Counted from the stretch's first letter, positions 54,441 to 64,000 are shown. The stretch is DNA of 64,000 bases from Candidatus Thorarchaeota archaeon (GCA_048882325.1 JBHLRS010000007.1:49795-113794); one strand, 5' to 3'. The notes: generated from the sequence alone by a model not told the origin. Program-made: numbers and translations.

Positions 54441-56288
54441 TCACAGATTTGCGTCAAAGAACTCTGCAAGACGTGTGAGGAGTATCTTTACATTCTTTTC
54501 GCGAATTATCCCGTGACCTTCATCTTCGAAGACAAGCTTCTCATATTGAATCCTGTTTGATTCGAGACGTTTTTCTACCTCAGCAACATTTGCCTTTGTC
54601 ACATTGGGATCTCTGAGACCTTGGACAATCAGCAACTTGCCGCGAATGTTCTGCACATAGTTAATAGGAGACCTCTCCTGATACCTTTCAGGCACCTCGC
54701 TTGGAGAACCACCGAGCATCTCCTCTGAATATAGTCTCAGGTCAGGTCGAGTGGTTTCATAATCAACAATTAAATCAGTCATTCCACAGATTGGTGCAGC
54801 TGCAACGACAACATCAGGAGGGAACTGTGTGATTGCAAGCCAGCTCATATAACCTCCATAACTTGTCCCATAGATTCCGATCTTGTTGGAAGTAGCAATA
54901 CCTTGCTCAATCATGTACTCGATACCTGTCCGGACATCTTCCTTATCTAAACCACCCCATCCATCCTTTTTGATGAGCTCGCGGAATTTTACACCATATC
55001 CGGTTGACCCTCTATAGTTCGGATCTAGGACAGTATACCCTAAAGAGCAGAAAAATTGTATTCCTAGATTGACTGCGTCCTCAGAGTGCCATGTAGGTCC
55101 GCCATGGACAGTTACAATCGTTTTTCCGTTAGCATTTTGAGGCTTGTACAACCATCCATGAATGTGGGTGTTGTCATCAGAAACCCATCTAAAGTCCTTG
55201 GCTGCAGTCAGTTCTTCACGTTGAATCGATGTTTGACCAAGCACGTTTGTGACATGTGTAAATTTTGCAGGATCTAATTCGTTCAGATTGAATCTGACAA
55301 CATCATATGGATACGTTGAACTATAGAAAAGACCTAGCCATTCTCCGTTTCTTAGATTTGTAATCGGAGAGAGATTTCCACGTAGTGGTGTAATGTTGTG
55401 AAGCACATCTGTTTCAAGATCAAGGATGAAAGGTCTTCGTCTAGCACTATCTTCTTCCAGAAATACAACATGATGAGAGTACTTTGGCACTTTGGTGAGA
55501 CTGTATGTTCCACCGTCCATGGGTTTTGAGAGCCATTTCATTTCATTGGATGAAGCGTCAAGAATCCCAATCCCAACAAAGTCATGTAGGACTCCATCGA
55601 CTGTGTCAGTATCAAAGAGAATCCTTCCATCATGTGTCCAATGAGCATTGACCTTTGCCTTTGGTCCGAAATTTAGAATCTCCCTGTCTTCATTCCCATC
55701 AACCGAAGCTATCCACCACTGAACTCCAGCGGGATCTTCATCAGAGCGATTGTACAAGATGAATCGATAATTCGGGTCAATTGATGGTGTGATATATGTG
55801 GGTCTATCTGGTCTTGCTACAACAGTCCTTGAGCCACTCTCCAATTCATGAACGACTACTCTGAATGTCTGTGTTTCTTTCTTTGTGTCATAATCATAGT
55901 TTGCAGAATAGACCAAAAACTCTCCTCGTGCTCCAAACTCTCCTCCATGCATGAAGAAATTTGGTTCGACTTCAGTCAACGGAAACATTTCACCAGGTGA
56001 ATCAAGATATACTCTATAGAGTGTGACACGCTCATTCCTCCCTTTGTCTTCACCAACAAGTACAGATTTCGAGTCTGGCGCCCAATCCTTGATCACAGTA
56101 ACCTCAGGAGTCTTAGTCAGAGGAAGGAGGTCTCCTGTCCCATCAGCATATTTTAAGAAGACATCGTAGTTCTCTTGGATTCTACTTATTGATAAAGCGA
56201 GATTGGTTTTGTCTGGAGAAACTTTGATTGCACCAATTGACGGTAGACTCATCAACGAGTCCAAGTCAAGAACTTTAGAATGATGCAT
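54441..56288 (-). CDS. S9 family acylaminoacyl / prolyl oligopeptidase
   Basis: HGGP, NYRGSTGYG, GTSYGG, QGLRD, DEGHG. Confidence 0.93.
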   Translation of the reverse strand: MHHSKVLDLDSLMSLPSIGAIKVSPDKTNLALSISRIQENYDVFLKYADGTGDLLPLTKTPEVTVIKDWAPDSKSVLVGEDKGRNERVTLYRVYLDSPGEMFPLTEVEPNFFMHGGEFGARGEFLVYSANYDYDTKKETQTFRVVVHELESGSRTVVARPDRPTYITPSIDPNYRFILYNRSDEDPAGVQWWIASVDGNEDREILNFGPKAKVNAHWTHDGRILFDTDTVDGVLHDFVGIGILDASSNEMKWLSKPMDGGTYSLTKVPKYSHHVVFLEEDSARRRPFILDLETDVLHNITPLRGNLSPITNLRNGEWLGLFYSSTYPYDVVRFNLNELDPAKFTHVTNVLGQTSIQREELTAAKDFRWVSDDNTHIHGWLYKPQNANGKTIVTVHGGPTWHSEDAVNLGIQFFCSLGYTVLDPNYRGSTGYGVKFRELIKKDGWGGLDKEDVRTGIEYMIEQGIATSNKIGIYGTSYGGYMSWLAITQFPPDVVVAAAPICGMTDLIVDYETTRPDLRLYSEEMLGGSPSEVPERYQERSPINYVQNIRGKLLIVQGLRDPNVTKANVAEVEKRLESNRIQYEKLVFEDEGHGIIREKNVKILLTRLAEFFDANL

Positions 56289-56329
56289 GAAGGAATGATA
56301 GTGAGAGATGATTTACATCTTTTCACTAC

Positions 56330-57031
56330 TCACAAAAGATAGAATCGGAATCCAAACAGCTGAATGAATAGTAGAAAGCCAATGATGACGAGAACAGCTC
56401 CAACAAATACCTCAATCTTGCGAGCTTGGCTACTTATTGTCCTGGTCATCCTCGTCCTTGCCTCCCCGGTTACGATAGCAATGAGAAAATAAGGTAAGGC
56501 TATGGCAATCGAAAGCACCGTAAACAATAGAACAATCATTAGAACGTTTGACTCAGCTCCAAAGAGCACAAATGTGCCCAGGATCGCTGGACCTGAACAA
56601 GGAGCAGCGAGTAACGAGTATCCGAGACCCACTGCGAAGACATTGAACAAGTTTGTCGGGGCTGATGGTTGCGATTTCAGACTCAATGAACCCAGTCTTA
56701 GTTGCCTTTGAAGTGTGCTAGATATCATAACTATTCCTAGAAATATAATGATGAGGCCTAGGACTGCTTGAAACTCAATATAATTCTGAATGAGAAAACT
56801 CCCAATGAAACCCGCAATTGCTATGAAGAAAGCAACAGAGGTTAAGATTCCTAGGACTAGGACTCCAGTAACTAGAACACTTCTACCTCTACTGTCAGCT
56901 GATTGTAGACTATTAATCAGGAATAAAGGGAGTAATGGAAACAGGCAAGGTGAAATTGCGATGAAAAATCCGGCACCGAAGACACCTGAAAGTTTCACTA
57001 GGAGTAGTCCTAGCTCAAAAGCTCCCTGCAC
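56330..57031 (-). CDS. ccdA: CcdA/DsbD-type cytochrome c biogenesis membrane protein
   Basis: SPCLFPLLP and APCSGP Cys pair; about 6 TM helices. Confidence 0.85.
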   Translation of the reverse strand: MQGAFELGLLLVKLSGVFGAGFFIAISPCLFPLLPLFLINSLQSADSRGRSVLVTGVLVLGILTSVAFFIAIAGFIGSFLIQNYIEFQAVLGLIIIFLGIVMISSTLQRQLRLGSLSLKSQPSAPTNLFNVFAVGLGYSLLAAPCSGPAILGTFVLFGAESNVLMIVLLFTVLSIAIALPYFLIAIVTGEARTRMTRTISSQARKIEVFVGAVLVIIGFLLFIQLFGFRFYLL

Positions 57032-57046
57032 CCCACAATTCTCCTG

Positions 57047-57613
57047 CTACAAAATCGAAGCTATGGTTGAGGATATCGCTGCGTCTGTCCAAAGCCCGAC
57101 GTGGAAATATCTGAAGAAACCATCAGCATCTATCAACACCATCGAGGGAATAGATACAATGCTGAAGTAGTTCAGAAAGCGTCCATCATCGACACCATGA
57201 TCCCAATCAAGGCCTTTGGTTGATTTGTAATCAGCCATCATTGAAACTGTTTCATCAGTATCAACAGTTAGTGATACCACAACCACTGTGCTAGACAAAT
57301 CACCAACTATCATTTCCAAGTATCCATTCTGAACTGCGCAGCTCGAACACCATGTAGCCATTAAATCTACAAGAACCACCTGTCCTTCTAAATCACTAAG
57401 AGCTAAGGTACTACCATCAGACATCTCGAATACCCAGTCGGATGGTGCCTCGAGTCCAAGTTCAAGTAAGTCCGTGTCCTGAGTGGTCTTAGTAAGTTGA
57501 TTGTGACCACCATCACCACCAGTCGGGTTGGTCAGGAACGACGCACCAACCAATAGACCGACGACGATGACTATCAGGGTGACTCCAACAACTGCCATCT
57601 TTTCAGGGGCCAT
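57047..57613 (-). CDS. membrane-anchored TlpA/ResA-like thioredoxin
   Basis: N-terminal TM, DLMATWCSSC, SIPSMVLID. Confidence 0.88.
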   Translation of the reverse strand: MAPEKMAVVGVTLIVIVVGLLVGASFLTNPTGGDGGHNQLTKTTQDTDLLELGLEAPSDWVFEMSDGSTLALSDLEGQVVLVDLMATWCSSCAVQNGYLEMIVGDLSSTVVVVSLTVDTDETVSMMADYKSTKGLDWDHGVDDGRFLNYFSIVSIPSMVLIDADGFFRYFHVGLWTDAAISSTIASIL

Positions 57614-57708
57614 AATAGATTATCCTCTGACCTTTTTGTATATTATATATAGTCTCGAGGCAAATATAACGTTTGTGCATGAATCACGCACAACCGTTCT
57701 GAATTTTT

Positions 57709-58065
57709 CTATCGTTCCTTTCGAACAAGGTTCGACAATTTAGACCGCGCGACATACACCCATGGAACAGTTACAAAACGAGATGGAAAAAAACGGGTCA
57801 GGAAGTTGGTATGGTACTGTTTCTTCGTAGGACTAATTGCAGCAAGCTCATTGTAGTATGGAGTCCTGAGTCGGTTTGCGGAATTCGATATCCAGCAGGA
57901 GAGATCAGTGCTATCTCGCACTACTGGGCTTTCAAACACCTGCCTTTTGAAGTGAGTTTCAACTGACCTGCCTGGATTTGAACATGCACACCATAACTTG
58001 CCACCAAATTGGAAGGAGTCAGTGCAATAGTAACAGCTGGAGCAGGTTTTCACATGACCACACAC
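57709..58065 (-). CDS. Cys-rich hypothetical protein
   Basis: CSSCYYC...WCACSNP...SCW. Confidence 0.5.
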   Translation of the reverse strand: MCGHVKTCSSCYYCTDSFQFGGKLWCACSNPGRSVETHFKRQVFESPVVRDSTDLSCWISNSANRLRTPYYNELAAISPTKKQYHTNFLTRFFPSRFVTVPWVYVARSKLSNLVRKER

Positions 58066-58180
58066 CGTTCAGTAATCTATTGGATGATTATACTTTGACA
58101 CATATAAACTGTGTAAAACGAAAATGCAACACAATCAAATCAAGAAAGAGAGTGCGACGTCGCTTTGAGTTCATTGATTG

Positions 58181-58387
58181 CTATGCTTCTTGAGCATCTT
58201 GCTTCTGAAGATCTGCAATCTTTTCATCAATGTGCTTGATTTGATCCTCAAGTCTTGATTTGAAGGCCTCTAGACTCTTGATCTGAGTTTCCTTGCTACC
58301 TCCATAAGGTTCACAACAACCCATCATGTGCATGAAAGGACCCATGAACTGACCGTAGTGTCTTCGACCTCTGTGTTCTCCACACAT
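58181..58387 (-). CDS. small Gly/His/Met/Cys-rich plus coiled-coil protein (DUF5320-like)
   Basis: KETQIKSLEAFKSRLEDQIKHIDEKIADL; starts 3 nt after the PadR stop. Confidence 0.75.
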   Translation of the reverse strand: MCGEHRGRRHYGQFMGPFMHMMGCCEPYGGSKETQIKSLEAFKSRLEDQIKHIDEKIADLQKQDAQEA

Positions 58388-58390
58388 CCT

Positions 58391-58969
58391 TTACTTTTCA
58401 CCTCCGTCCTCCTTGTCTGAGCTCTTCATCTCATCAAGTCGCTGATTGACCCAGTCGAGCTCGTGTTTCAAGTAAGAACGATACTGTTTTAGGAACTCGA
58501 GATGTGTCTTGGAACAACGACCAGCTTCACATCTGGCTTTCATGGCTGCAAATCCAATTGGGCTTCGTTCACGAACGGTTCGGTCCAATAGAGGCGCAGC
58601 CGCCCTCTCACCTGCTTGGCTGACCAAGAAACGCCAGACCTTTCCTTGAGCACCCCATTCTGCATCCAGATTCTGAAGTGCTGTTGAGAGTACCTTTCTG
58701 CCTTGAGAAGTAATTTGGTACTCCACTGTGTCAGGTCCATCTTCTTGAAGAACTCGGGTTCCTTGGATCAACTCCTTCTCAACAAGCCGGTGGAGTGCAG
58801 GGTAGACAGTTCCACTCTTCAATTTCCTGCGACCTAACTGATTTCCTAGCTTTTGGATAATCACATATCCATGAGCAGGATCCTCTTTTAGAATCGCTAA
58901 GATTAGCAATTGAACTGGACTAAGTCTCATCCCATGAGGTCTGTGTCTGCCCATGCTGCTAAAAGTCAT
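58391..58969 (-). CDS. PadR family transcriptional regulator
   Basis: LILAILKEDPAHGY, SGTVYPALHRL, YQITSQG. Confidence 0.92.
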   Translation of the reverse strand: MTFSSMGRHRPHGMRLSPVQLLILAILKEDPAHGYVIIQKLGNQLGRRKLKSGTVYPALHRLVEKELIQGTRVLQEDGPDTVEYQITSQGRKVLSTALQNLDAEWGAQGKVWRFLVSQAGERAAAPLLDRTVRERSPIGFAAMKARCEAGRCSKTHLEFLKQYRSYLKHELDWVNQRLDEMKSSDKEDGGEK

Positions 58970-59024
58970 ATGTAGACACCTACTTATGTAGAGCTCTACC
59001 TATAGGTATGTAGAGGTCTACATA
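58969..59024. promoter_or_regulatory. three palindromic operators (TATGTAGA-N2-TCTACATA consensus) at the PadR promoter
   Basis: 58969-58986, 58985-59002 and a perfect copy at 59007-59024, which contains ATGT-N8-ACAT and abuts/overlaps a TTTATA box on the minus strand. Confidence 0.75.
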
Positions 59025-59100
59025 TAAACATTGAGTATGAGTGAGATGTGCGACCGATATGCTTAGAAACGCAGAGAAGACATTATCAGGTGTGTTTGAT

Positions 59101-60090
59101 ATGGCAGAAGACTTTAGCCGGTTCATTATCCCTGCAGTATTCTCCGTAGTAGGTATTATTGTCACATTCTGGACAACTCAGTTTCTAGCATCATTATTAC
59201 TTGTCTACGAACCAACTTATGGTGTAGATCTTGTTACAGCAGTAGATGGGACCTTGATGCCTGACATCACATTCATTGTAGTAATTCTCCTCCCAATATT
59301 CTTCATTGAATTTCTGATACTCACACTTCCAGTCGCATTCATCATGCTTGTTATAGCCAGAATCTTCCGCGTAGCTACCTATGATATTGATGTAATGAGA
59401 ATCGGACAAGGTTTCGATTGGATTCGGATAATGAAGAGATCAGTGGTTCCCGCACTCTTTGCTCTTTCACTTGGAGAACTCATCTTAAGCTTGTTAAATG
59501 GAGTGATCTTCTGGATACCACCATTAACTGGAGTACCTGAAGGATCTGTTAGACAAGAAATCGCTTCATCATTGCACCCTCTACTCACATTACTTGGTTC
59601 GTTGATTGCGCTCACTGCTAGTATTGCCATATTTTCACCGACTTGGCTACTCAATGACGCTGGAATTGTCACACATGTAAAGGAAAGACACCTTGAGTAT
59701 AGGAGATGTCCAGACACTGAAGGTGTGGGACGATGGTACTCCAATCTTGTTGGAGGTTTTGGAATTCTCGCATTTCCACTCGCGATGTTCCACAGATACT
59801 TCTATCAGAAATTCATAATTCTGGGTTTCCCACTAACATTGCAGAGCATCTTGGTGAGTCTGGGATGGACTATTGGCTTGCCATTCGCAGTAATAGCTTT
59901 CATTCTTCCACTCATTATCATGAATGAGATTGCAATTAGATGGACAGGTCCAATCATGCAGAGAATTGCTAGGAGATTTGGTGCTAGTGATGTTCAATTT
60001 CAGTATGTAGGAACTGTTCAACCTTTGGACTCGCAGATGATGTCTGAGATGGAGAATCTTTCTGATTCCATGGACAACTCAGATATATGA
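59101..60090 (+). CDS. polytopic membrane protein of unknown function
   Basis: About 6-7 TM helices; PTWLLNDAGI...EGVGRWY. Confidence 0.75.
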   Translation: MAEDFSRFIIPAVFSVVGIIVTFWTTQFLASLLLVYEPTYGVDLVTAVDGTLMPDITFIVVILLPIFFIEFLILTLPVAFIMLVIARIFRVATYDIDVMRIGQGFDWIRIMKRSVVPALFALSLGELILSLLNGVIFWIPPLTGVPEGSVRQEIASSLHPLLTLLGSLIALTASIAIFSPTWLLNDAGIVTHVKERHLEYRRCPDTEGVGRWYSNLVGGFGILAFPLAMFHRYFYQKFIILGFPLTLQSILVSLGWTIGLPFAVIAFILPLIIMNEIAIRWTGPIMQRIARRFGASDVQFQYVGTVQPLDSQMMSEMENLSDSMDNSDI

Positions 60091-60664
60091 CGGCATGAGG
60101 TCGAGACTTCTTGTCAACATTGACGTAGCCCTTCTTCATCAACTCCTTCACCAACTTCCGTAGGACAGATTTCTTGTCACCAGTGAACTCTACTAGCTCT
60201 TTGTAAGTGGTTCTCCGTTCTTTCTGAATCACTCTGAGTAACTTGAACTCTGGAATTGAATCTATTGCAGCACGAAGTGATTCATTCTCACGACGCATCA
60301 TGGTTTCATCGCTAGATAGTAACCTGCTGATTTCATCACGAAGATCATTTATCTCCTCTATGAAAGATAACCTCTCGGCTTCGTATCTAGCAATGACTCC
60401 ATTTGAAGTATGAACTAGCTCAGCACTCAAATCATTCCCAAGACCATCAAGAGCTTCACGTGATGCTAAGCGAGCTTCACGAATTATCCCAACAATATCG
60501 TCAGTATCTAACCACTGACCATTTATCAATTCCTCAATTTGAGAATAGTAAACATCAAGTCGTTTTGCCCAAATATCTCTAACCTCTTGCAAGACTCCTG
60601 CGATTCTAAGTGTCATCCGTGCAGCGTTGTCATCAGTGGTTGTCATGGGTGCCACAGCTATCAC
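59984..60664 (-). CDS. coiled-coil protein with C-terminal winged HTH
   Basis: TTYKELVEFTGDKKSVLRKLVKELMKKGYVNV. Confidence 0.72.
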   Translation of the reverse strand: MIAVAPMTTTDDNAARMTLRIAGVLQEVRDIWAKRLDVYYSQIEELINGQWLDTDDIVGIIREARLASREALDGLGNDLSAELVHTSNGVIARYEAERLSFIEEINDLRDEISRLLSSDETMMRRENESLRAAIDSIPEFKLLRVIQKERRTTYKELVEFTGDKKSVLRKLVKELMKKGYVNVDKKSRPHAVIYLSCPWNQKDSPSQTSSASPKVEQFLHTEIEHH

Positions 60665-60707
60665 TATCCATCTCGTAAGATTAGAGCTAGTGTCACCGGG
60701 GTATGAC

Positions 60708-61553
60708 CTAGACTGTTGGTTCAGCTACCCAGAAGATTCGATCCTTAATCGTTTCAAGTGTACTCGGCCAGAGGTTGTATGAGAGGGTCACATTTGCCAT
60801 TAGAGGAACTGTTTCATCTATCATGAATGATTCGAGATCATAACAGTAGAATAAAGGTGTAATATCAACAGTCTTCATATGATTCTCACTCAAATCCAGC
60901 CAGAGAAGATTCGGACATCCTTGCAAGGGACTCAAGTCAATTTTGAGAATACCTGATGATCTCAACCAGAGACCCTCTAGTGCTTCACATTTACCAAGAG
61001 GAGTCAAATCTATTTCATCAATCTCATTACCCTCGAGAAAGAGCTCCTGAAGATTCAAACAACCTGATAGGGGATTCAAGTCAATGTTGTACAGTTCATT
61101 GTTATCCAGTCGTAAGAAACGCAAATTTGTAGATTTTCTCAATGGAGCCAAATCAATCACATGAAAATCATTGGAGTTAAGATTCAGCTCTTGCAACTTT
61201 AGACACGAAATAAGCGGAGACAAATCTATCCTTTGCAGTTTGTTTATCTCTAGTGATAATGTATCGAGATTGGAGCAGTTCTCAAGTCCAAGGAGGTCAA
61301 TTGACGAAATCAGATTTGATCCGAGAAGTAAACGCTCAAGACTTGGACAATCTTTTAGTGGCAAAAGATCAATGCTTCTGATTAGATTAGCTGAGAGGTT
61401 AATTTCCCTGAGTGATTTACACTGATTTAGTTGAGAAAGATCAATCTCAACTATGCTTCTTCCTGAAAGATCGATTTCTGTAACATCATCAGTTGATTCT
61501 AAGTACATCTCGATTCCATTTTCAATCTTGAAGGTGATATGAACTTCAACCAT
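60708..61553 (-). CDS. leucine-rich repeat protein
   Basis: 22-aa repeats IDLxPLxxCxxLxxLxLxxNxI. Confidence 0.92.
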   Translation of the reverse strand: MVEVHITFKIENGIEMYLESTDDVTEIDLSGRSIVEIDLSQLNQCKSLREINLSANLIRSIDLLPLKDCPSLERLLLGSNLISSIDLLGLENCSNLDTLSLEINKLQRIDLSPLISCLKLQELNLNSNDFHVIDLAPLRKSTNLRFLRLDNNELYNIDLNPLSGCLNLQELFLEGNEIDEIDLTPLGKCEALEGLWLRSSGILKIDLSPLQGCPNLLWLDLSENHMKTVDITPLFYCYDLESFMIDETVPLMANVTLSYNLWPSTLETIKDRIFWVAEPTV

Positions 61554-61625
61554 ATGATAGACTCCCAGCCTATCTTTCATAGTGCAGATGATACCGAACT
61601 ATCATAAATCGTTGGGTGTTATATC

Positions 61626-62360
61626 TCAATTTGTGGTGGATGATTCTGATACCTCATGCGACCACTGGACTGTATGTAGCCGTTCATTAATAGGCGCTGG
61701 AAAGTAAGGGAGATGTTTGAGCTTATGATAAGCAGTTAGAATCGTTTCATCATCCACTACAAATGACTCCAAGTTCTCGAAATGGAACAATATTGAAATA
61801 TCAACCGCCTGCAGAGCATTCTCATTGAGATGCAGGTATCGCATATCTGTCGAACGTTCCAGTGGACTCAGATCCAGACTCCTCAGAAGGTTTCCAGACA
61901 AGACCAAGTACTGAAGCTTGGATAACTCACTCAGTGGACTAAGATCTAGGTCCCTGAGCCTATTATCGGAGATGTAGAGCCAACGAAGCTCCTTGCATCC
62001 CGAAAGGGGAGAGATGTCAATCTCGGTTAGTCGATTATCAGAGAGTTCTAGAGCTTGAAGTTCATAACAATGCGACAAAGGTTGGAGATCAACATGAGTC
62101 AATTCGTTCGATGTCATACTCAAAATTTTCAGATTAGAGCATGCAGCGAGTGGAGTTAGGTCGATCTCAGAAAGAAGATTAGTGTCAAGATTGAGCTTTT
62201 CAAGCCTGTCACATTGACCTAGGGCCTCTAGACTAATCGACTTTATGCTTGTATCTGAAAGGTCGATTTCTGTGTAGTGATCATCTTTCACGACTTGATA
62301 CTTTTCACCGTCTGACGCAACATACCGAATGGTGAACCTCGTCACCTTGTTCCTCTCCAT
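61626..62360 (-). CDS. leucine-rich repeat protein (paralog of 60708-61553)
   Basis: Same 22-aa LRR; shared C-cap LESFxxDETxxLxA. Confidence 0.92.
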   Translation of the reverse strand: MERNKVTRFTIRYVASDGEKYQVVKDDHYTEIDLSDTSIKSISLEALGQCDRLEKLNLDTNLLSEIDLTPLAACSNLKILSMTSNELTHVDLQPLSHCYELQALELSDNRLTEIDISPLSGCKELRWLYISDNRLRDLDLSPLSELSKLQYLVLSGNLLRSLDLSPLERSTDMRYLHLNENALQAVDISILFHFENLESFVVDDETILTAYHKLKHLPYFPAPINERLHTVQWSHEVSESSTTN

Positions 62361-62459
62361 TTTTTTTAAGGTACAATCCCTGATTTCTTTTATGCTTATG
62401 TCAATGAACCATAATAAAGTCACTCGTCTATGATAATGTAAGTCAATAGAGCGGAAAAT

Positions 62460-62999
62460 TCAACCTCGATCAAGATGAGTCCAAGGTACAGGGTCGGGAA
62501 TAGTTTCAACAAATCTATTGATTATTTCTCTAACACCATCTGGGTTGTGTACACCGTCAAAGACAAGCGCAGGTTCACCACCTTCAGTAGTGAAGATTTC
62601 GACATCCCCCATTCCAACCTTTCGCTCATCAGGCGGTCCTGAGCAATGCATGACAATAATCTCATCATAGAAGACTCTCGTTGTCTTTCGTTTGAAGACT
62701 CCCTTTCGAACCCTGACATTCCAGGTGGTTATGATATACAGTGTGAACCACCGCCTACTCTCTGCCCAGGCAACAAGGAATATACCAAATACCATCGCTC
62801 CTGCACTTAGTAACCACGCAACTAGGTCTCTATAAGGGCCACTAGGTAATGATGTGACTGTCATGAACCCTGTTCCAACAATGAAGACCACTGTACCCAA
62901 AACATAGTAGAAGATGAAGGAGGCTCTCTTTGGATAGAAGATAGTCACCAATCTCTCTCGCTTCTCAGGAGGAAAAGGCTCTTGACTAGACTCCGTCAT
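62460..62999 (-). CDS. 2-TM protein with bacterial-type PH (bPH_2) domain
   Basis: YIITTWNVRVRKGVF...GMGDVEIFT...FDGVHNP. Confidence 0.8.
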   Translation of the reverse strand: MTESSQEPFPPEKRERLVTIFYPKRASFIFYYVLGTVVFIVGTGFMTVTSLPSGPYRDLVAWLLSAGAMVFGIFLVAWAESRRWFTLYIITTWNVRVRKGVFKRKTTRVFYDEIIVMHCSGPPDERKVGMGDVEIFTTEGGEPALVFDGVHNPDGVREIINRFVETIPDPVPWTHLDRG

Positions 63000-63101
63000 T
63001 TGGCTCACTTCTGAGGTTCTGTGTGTACAACTTATGAAGCTGTCGAATACAAAGATAAGATTCGCCCGATACTGAAAAAGCATCGGGCTACTGTAATGAT
63101 T

Positions 63102-63503
63102 CTATGCAGGGTAAATTTCCCATAGTGTATCGCAGGCATGAACTACATGACCAACTAGAGTTCGAATCTCTTCTCCAGTGAGGTCTGTATCGTTGGTTTC
63201 TGCTATAACAATGATGTCGTCATCATCATCTATTGCAAACTTGACACCATTTGCTTTCCATGACTCTTTCAGCATATCATATGCAAGTTTCATTCTCTTG
63301 GTTTCTTCAACCTCATAGAAATTCGTGAATGGCGCAACGATGTAAGCCCATGATTCATCTTTGTTAGTTACAATCTTAATCTTCAGATCTTCGAAGTGGT
63401 CTGTCTTCCACCTCATCATCAAGACATTATCCTCTCTTGTATACTTGATCTCGATAGAATCAAGCAATGAAGCAATATGGTCAATAATACTCAGTGCGAG
63501 CAC
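63102..63503 (-). CDS. YbjN / type III chaperone-fold protein
   Basis: Acidic 133-aa protein, LKESWKANGVKFAIDDDDDIIV. Confidence 0.6.
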   Translation of the reverse strand: MLALSIIDHIASLLDSIEIKYTREDNVLMMRWKTDHFEDLKIKIVTNKDESWAYIVAPFTNFYEVEETKRMKLAYDMLKESWKANGVKFAIDDDDDIIVIAETNDTDLTGEEIRTLVGHVVHACDTLWEIYPA

Positions 63504-63686
63504 CTCTGTTGTTCGATGCTAATTGTTCCATATTAAGGTGTTTGGGGCCTGTCTTAAGGCATTCCAAGAAAAACTCATAGAATGAGTACATCCACTGGCT
63601 CAGGTTTATTTGCCTTCGTGGGTATAGCTACACGAGTAGCCGGCAGTGGGGTCTACATTTCGTACAAAGGAGCAAATCGAAAGAAG

Positions 63687-64000
63687 ATGCAGGATGTTGT
63701 AGCAATAGCAGCTTTGCTGAGAGAGATTTCATTTGGAATTCTAATAGCAGGACTGTTCTATACCTTCGGACTCTTTGCTTTAGGTCGGATATTTGCAGCT
63801 GTTTCAGAACATGGTCATGACGTGGATCATGACGTAGACCATGACGTGGATCATGACCTTGACCATGACGTAGACCATGACGTGGATCATGACCTTGACC
63901 ATGATATAGGTCATGACGTAGATTACGATGTGGATCATGACCTTGACCATGATATAGGTCATGACGTAGACCATGATATAGGTCATGACGTAGACCATGA
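63687..64000 (+). CDS. membrane protein with (D/G)HD(V/L/I) repeats, YqiJ/NfeD-like N-terminus; runs off the window
   Basis: MQDVVAIAALLREISFGILIAGLFYTFGLFALGRIFAAVSEHGHDVDHDVDHD... with no stop. Frame is also open from ATG 63582. Confidence 0.75.
   Translation, partial: MQDVVAIAALLREISFGILIAGLFYTFGLFALGRIFAAVSEHGHDVDHDVDHDVDHDLDHDVDHDVDHDLDHDIGHDVDYDVDHDLDHDIGHDVDHDIGHDVDH
63808..64000 (+). repeat. 12-nt tandem coding repeat (about 16 units, e.g. GACCATGACGTA / GATCATGACCTT)
   Basis: Directly visible; encodes DHDV-type tetrapeptides. Confidence 0.92.

Noticed and set aside
63804-63998. Minus-strand 64-aa ORF (MVYVMTYIMV...) and a CRISPR-like look of the repeat
   Set aside because: It is the antisense shadow of the + strand His/Asp repeat; the units are contiguous 12-mers with no spacers.

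Overview
Gene-dense archaeal chromosomal window, most likely an Asgard archaeon (Thorarchaeota-like). This assignment is inferred from GGTGA/GGAGG ribosome-binding sites, frequent TTG/GTG starts, a single-domain gelsolin, an EMC3/TMCO1-type insertase, Asgard-type LRR proteins, CofE, a geranylgeranyl reductase family enzyme and many C-terminally anchored surface proteins. I saw no rRNA, tRNA, CRISPR array, transposase or integrase. Main points of interest: (1) a signalling cluster at 7.2-14.0 kb with three KaiC/RAD55-fold proteins, three stand-alone receiver domains and a TPR protein but no histidine kinase, where one ATPase carries His-His at the positions of the KaiC phosphosites; (2) an adjacent ~1.07 kb AT-rich non-coding region with nested long-range inverted repeats and a thrice-repeated TTTCGAAAAAYCG box (large ncRNA or origin candidate); (3) two further GC-rich structured intergenic elements; (4) a coupled pair of membrane proteins sharing a Zn-ribbon+B-box module; (5) ORFs the track missed, including a C2H2 zinc-finger microprotein and a His/Asp-repeat membrane protein; (6) a PadR gene with three palindromic operators. 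All product calls come from motif recognition by eye, without database searches.
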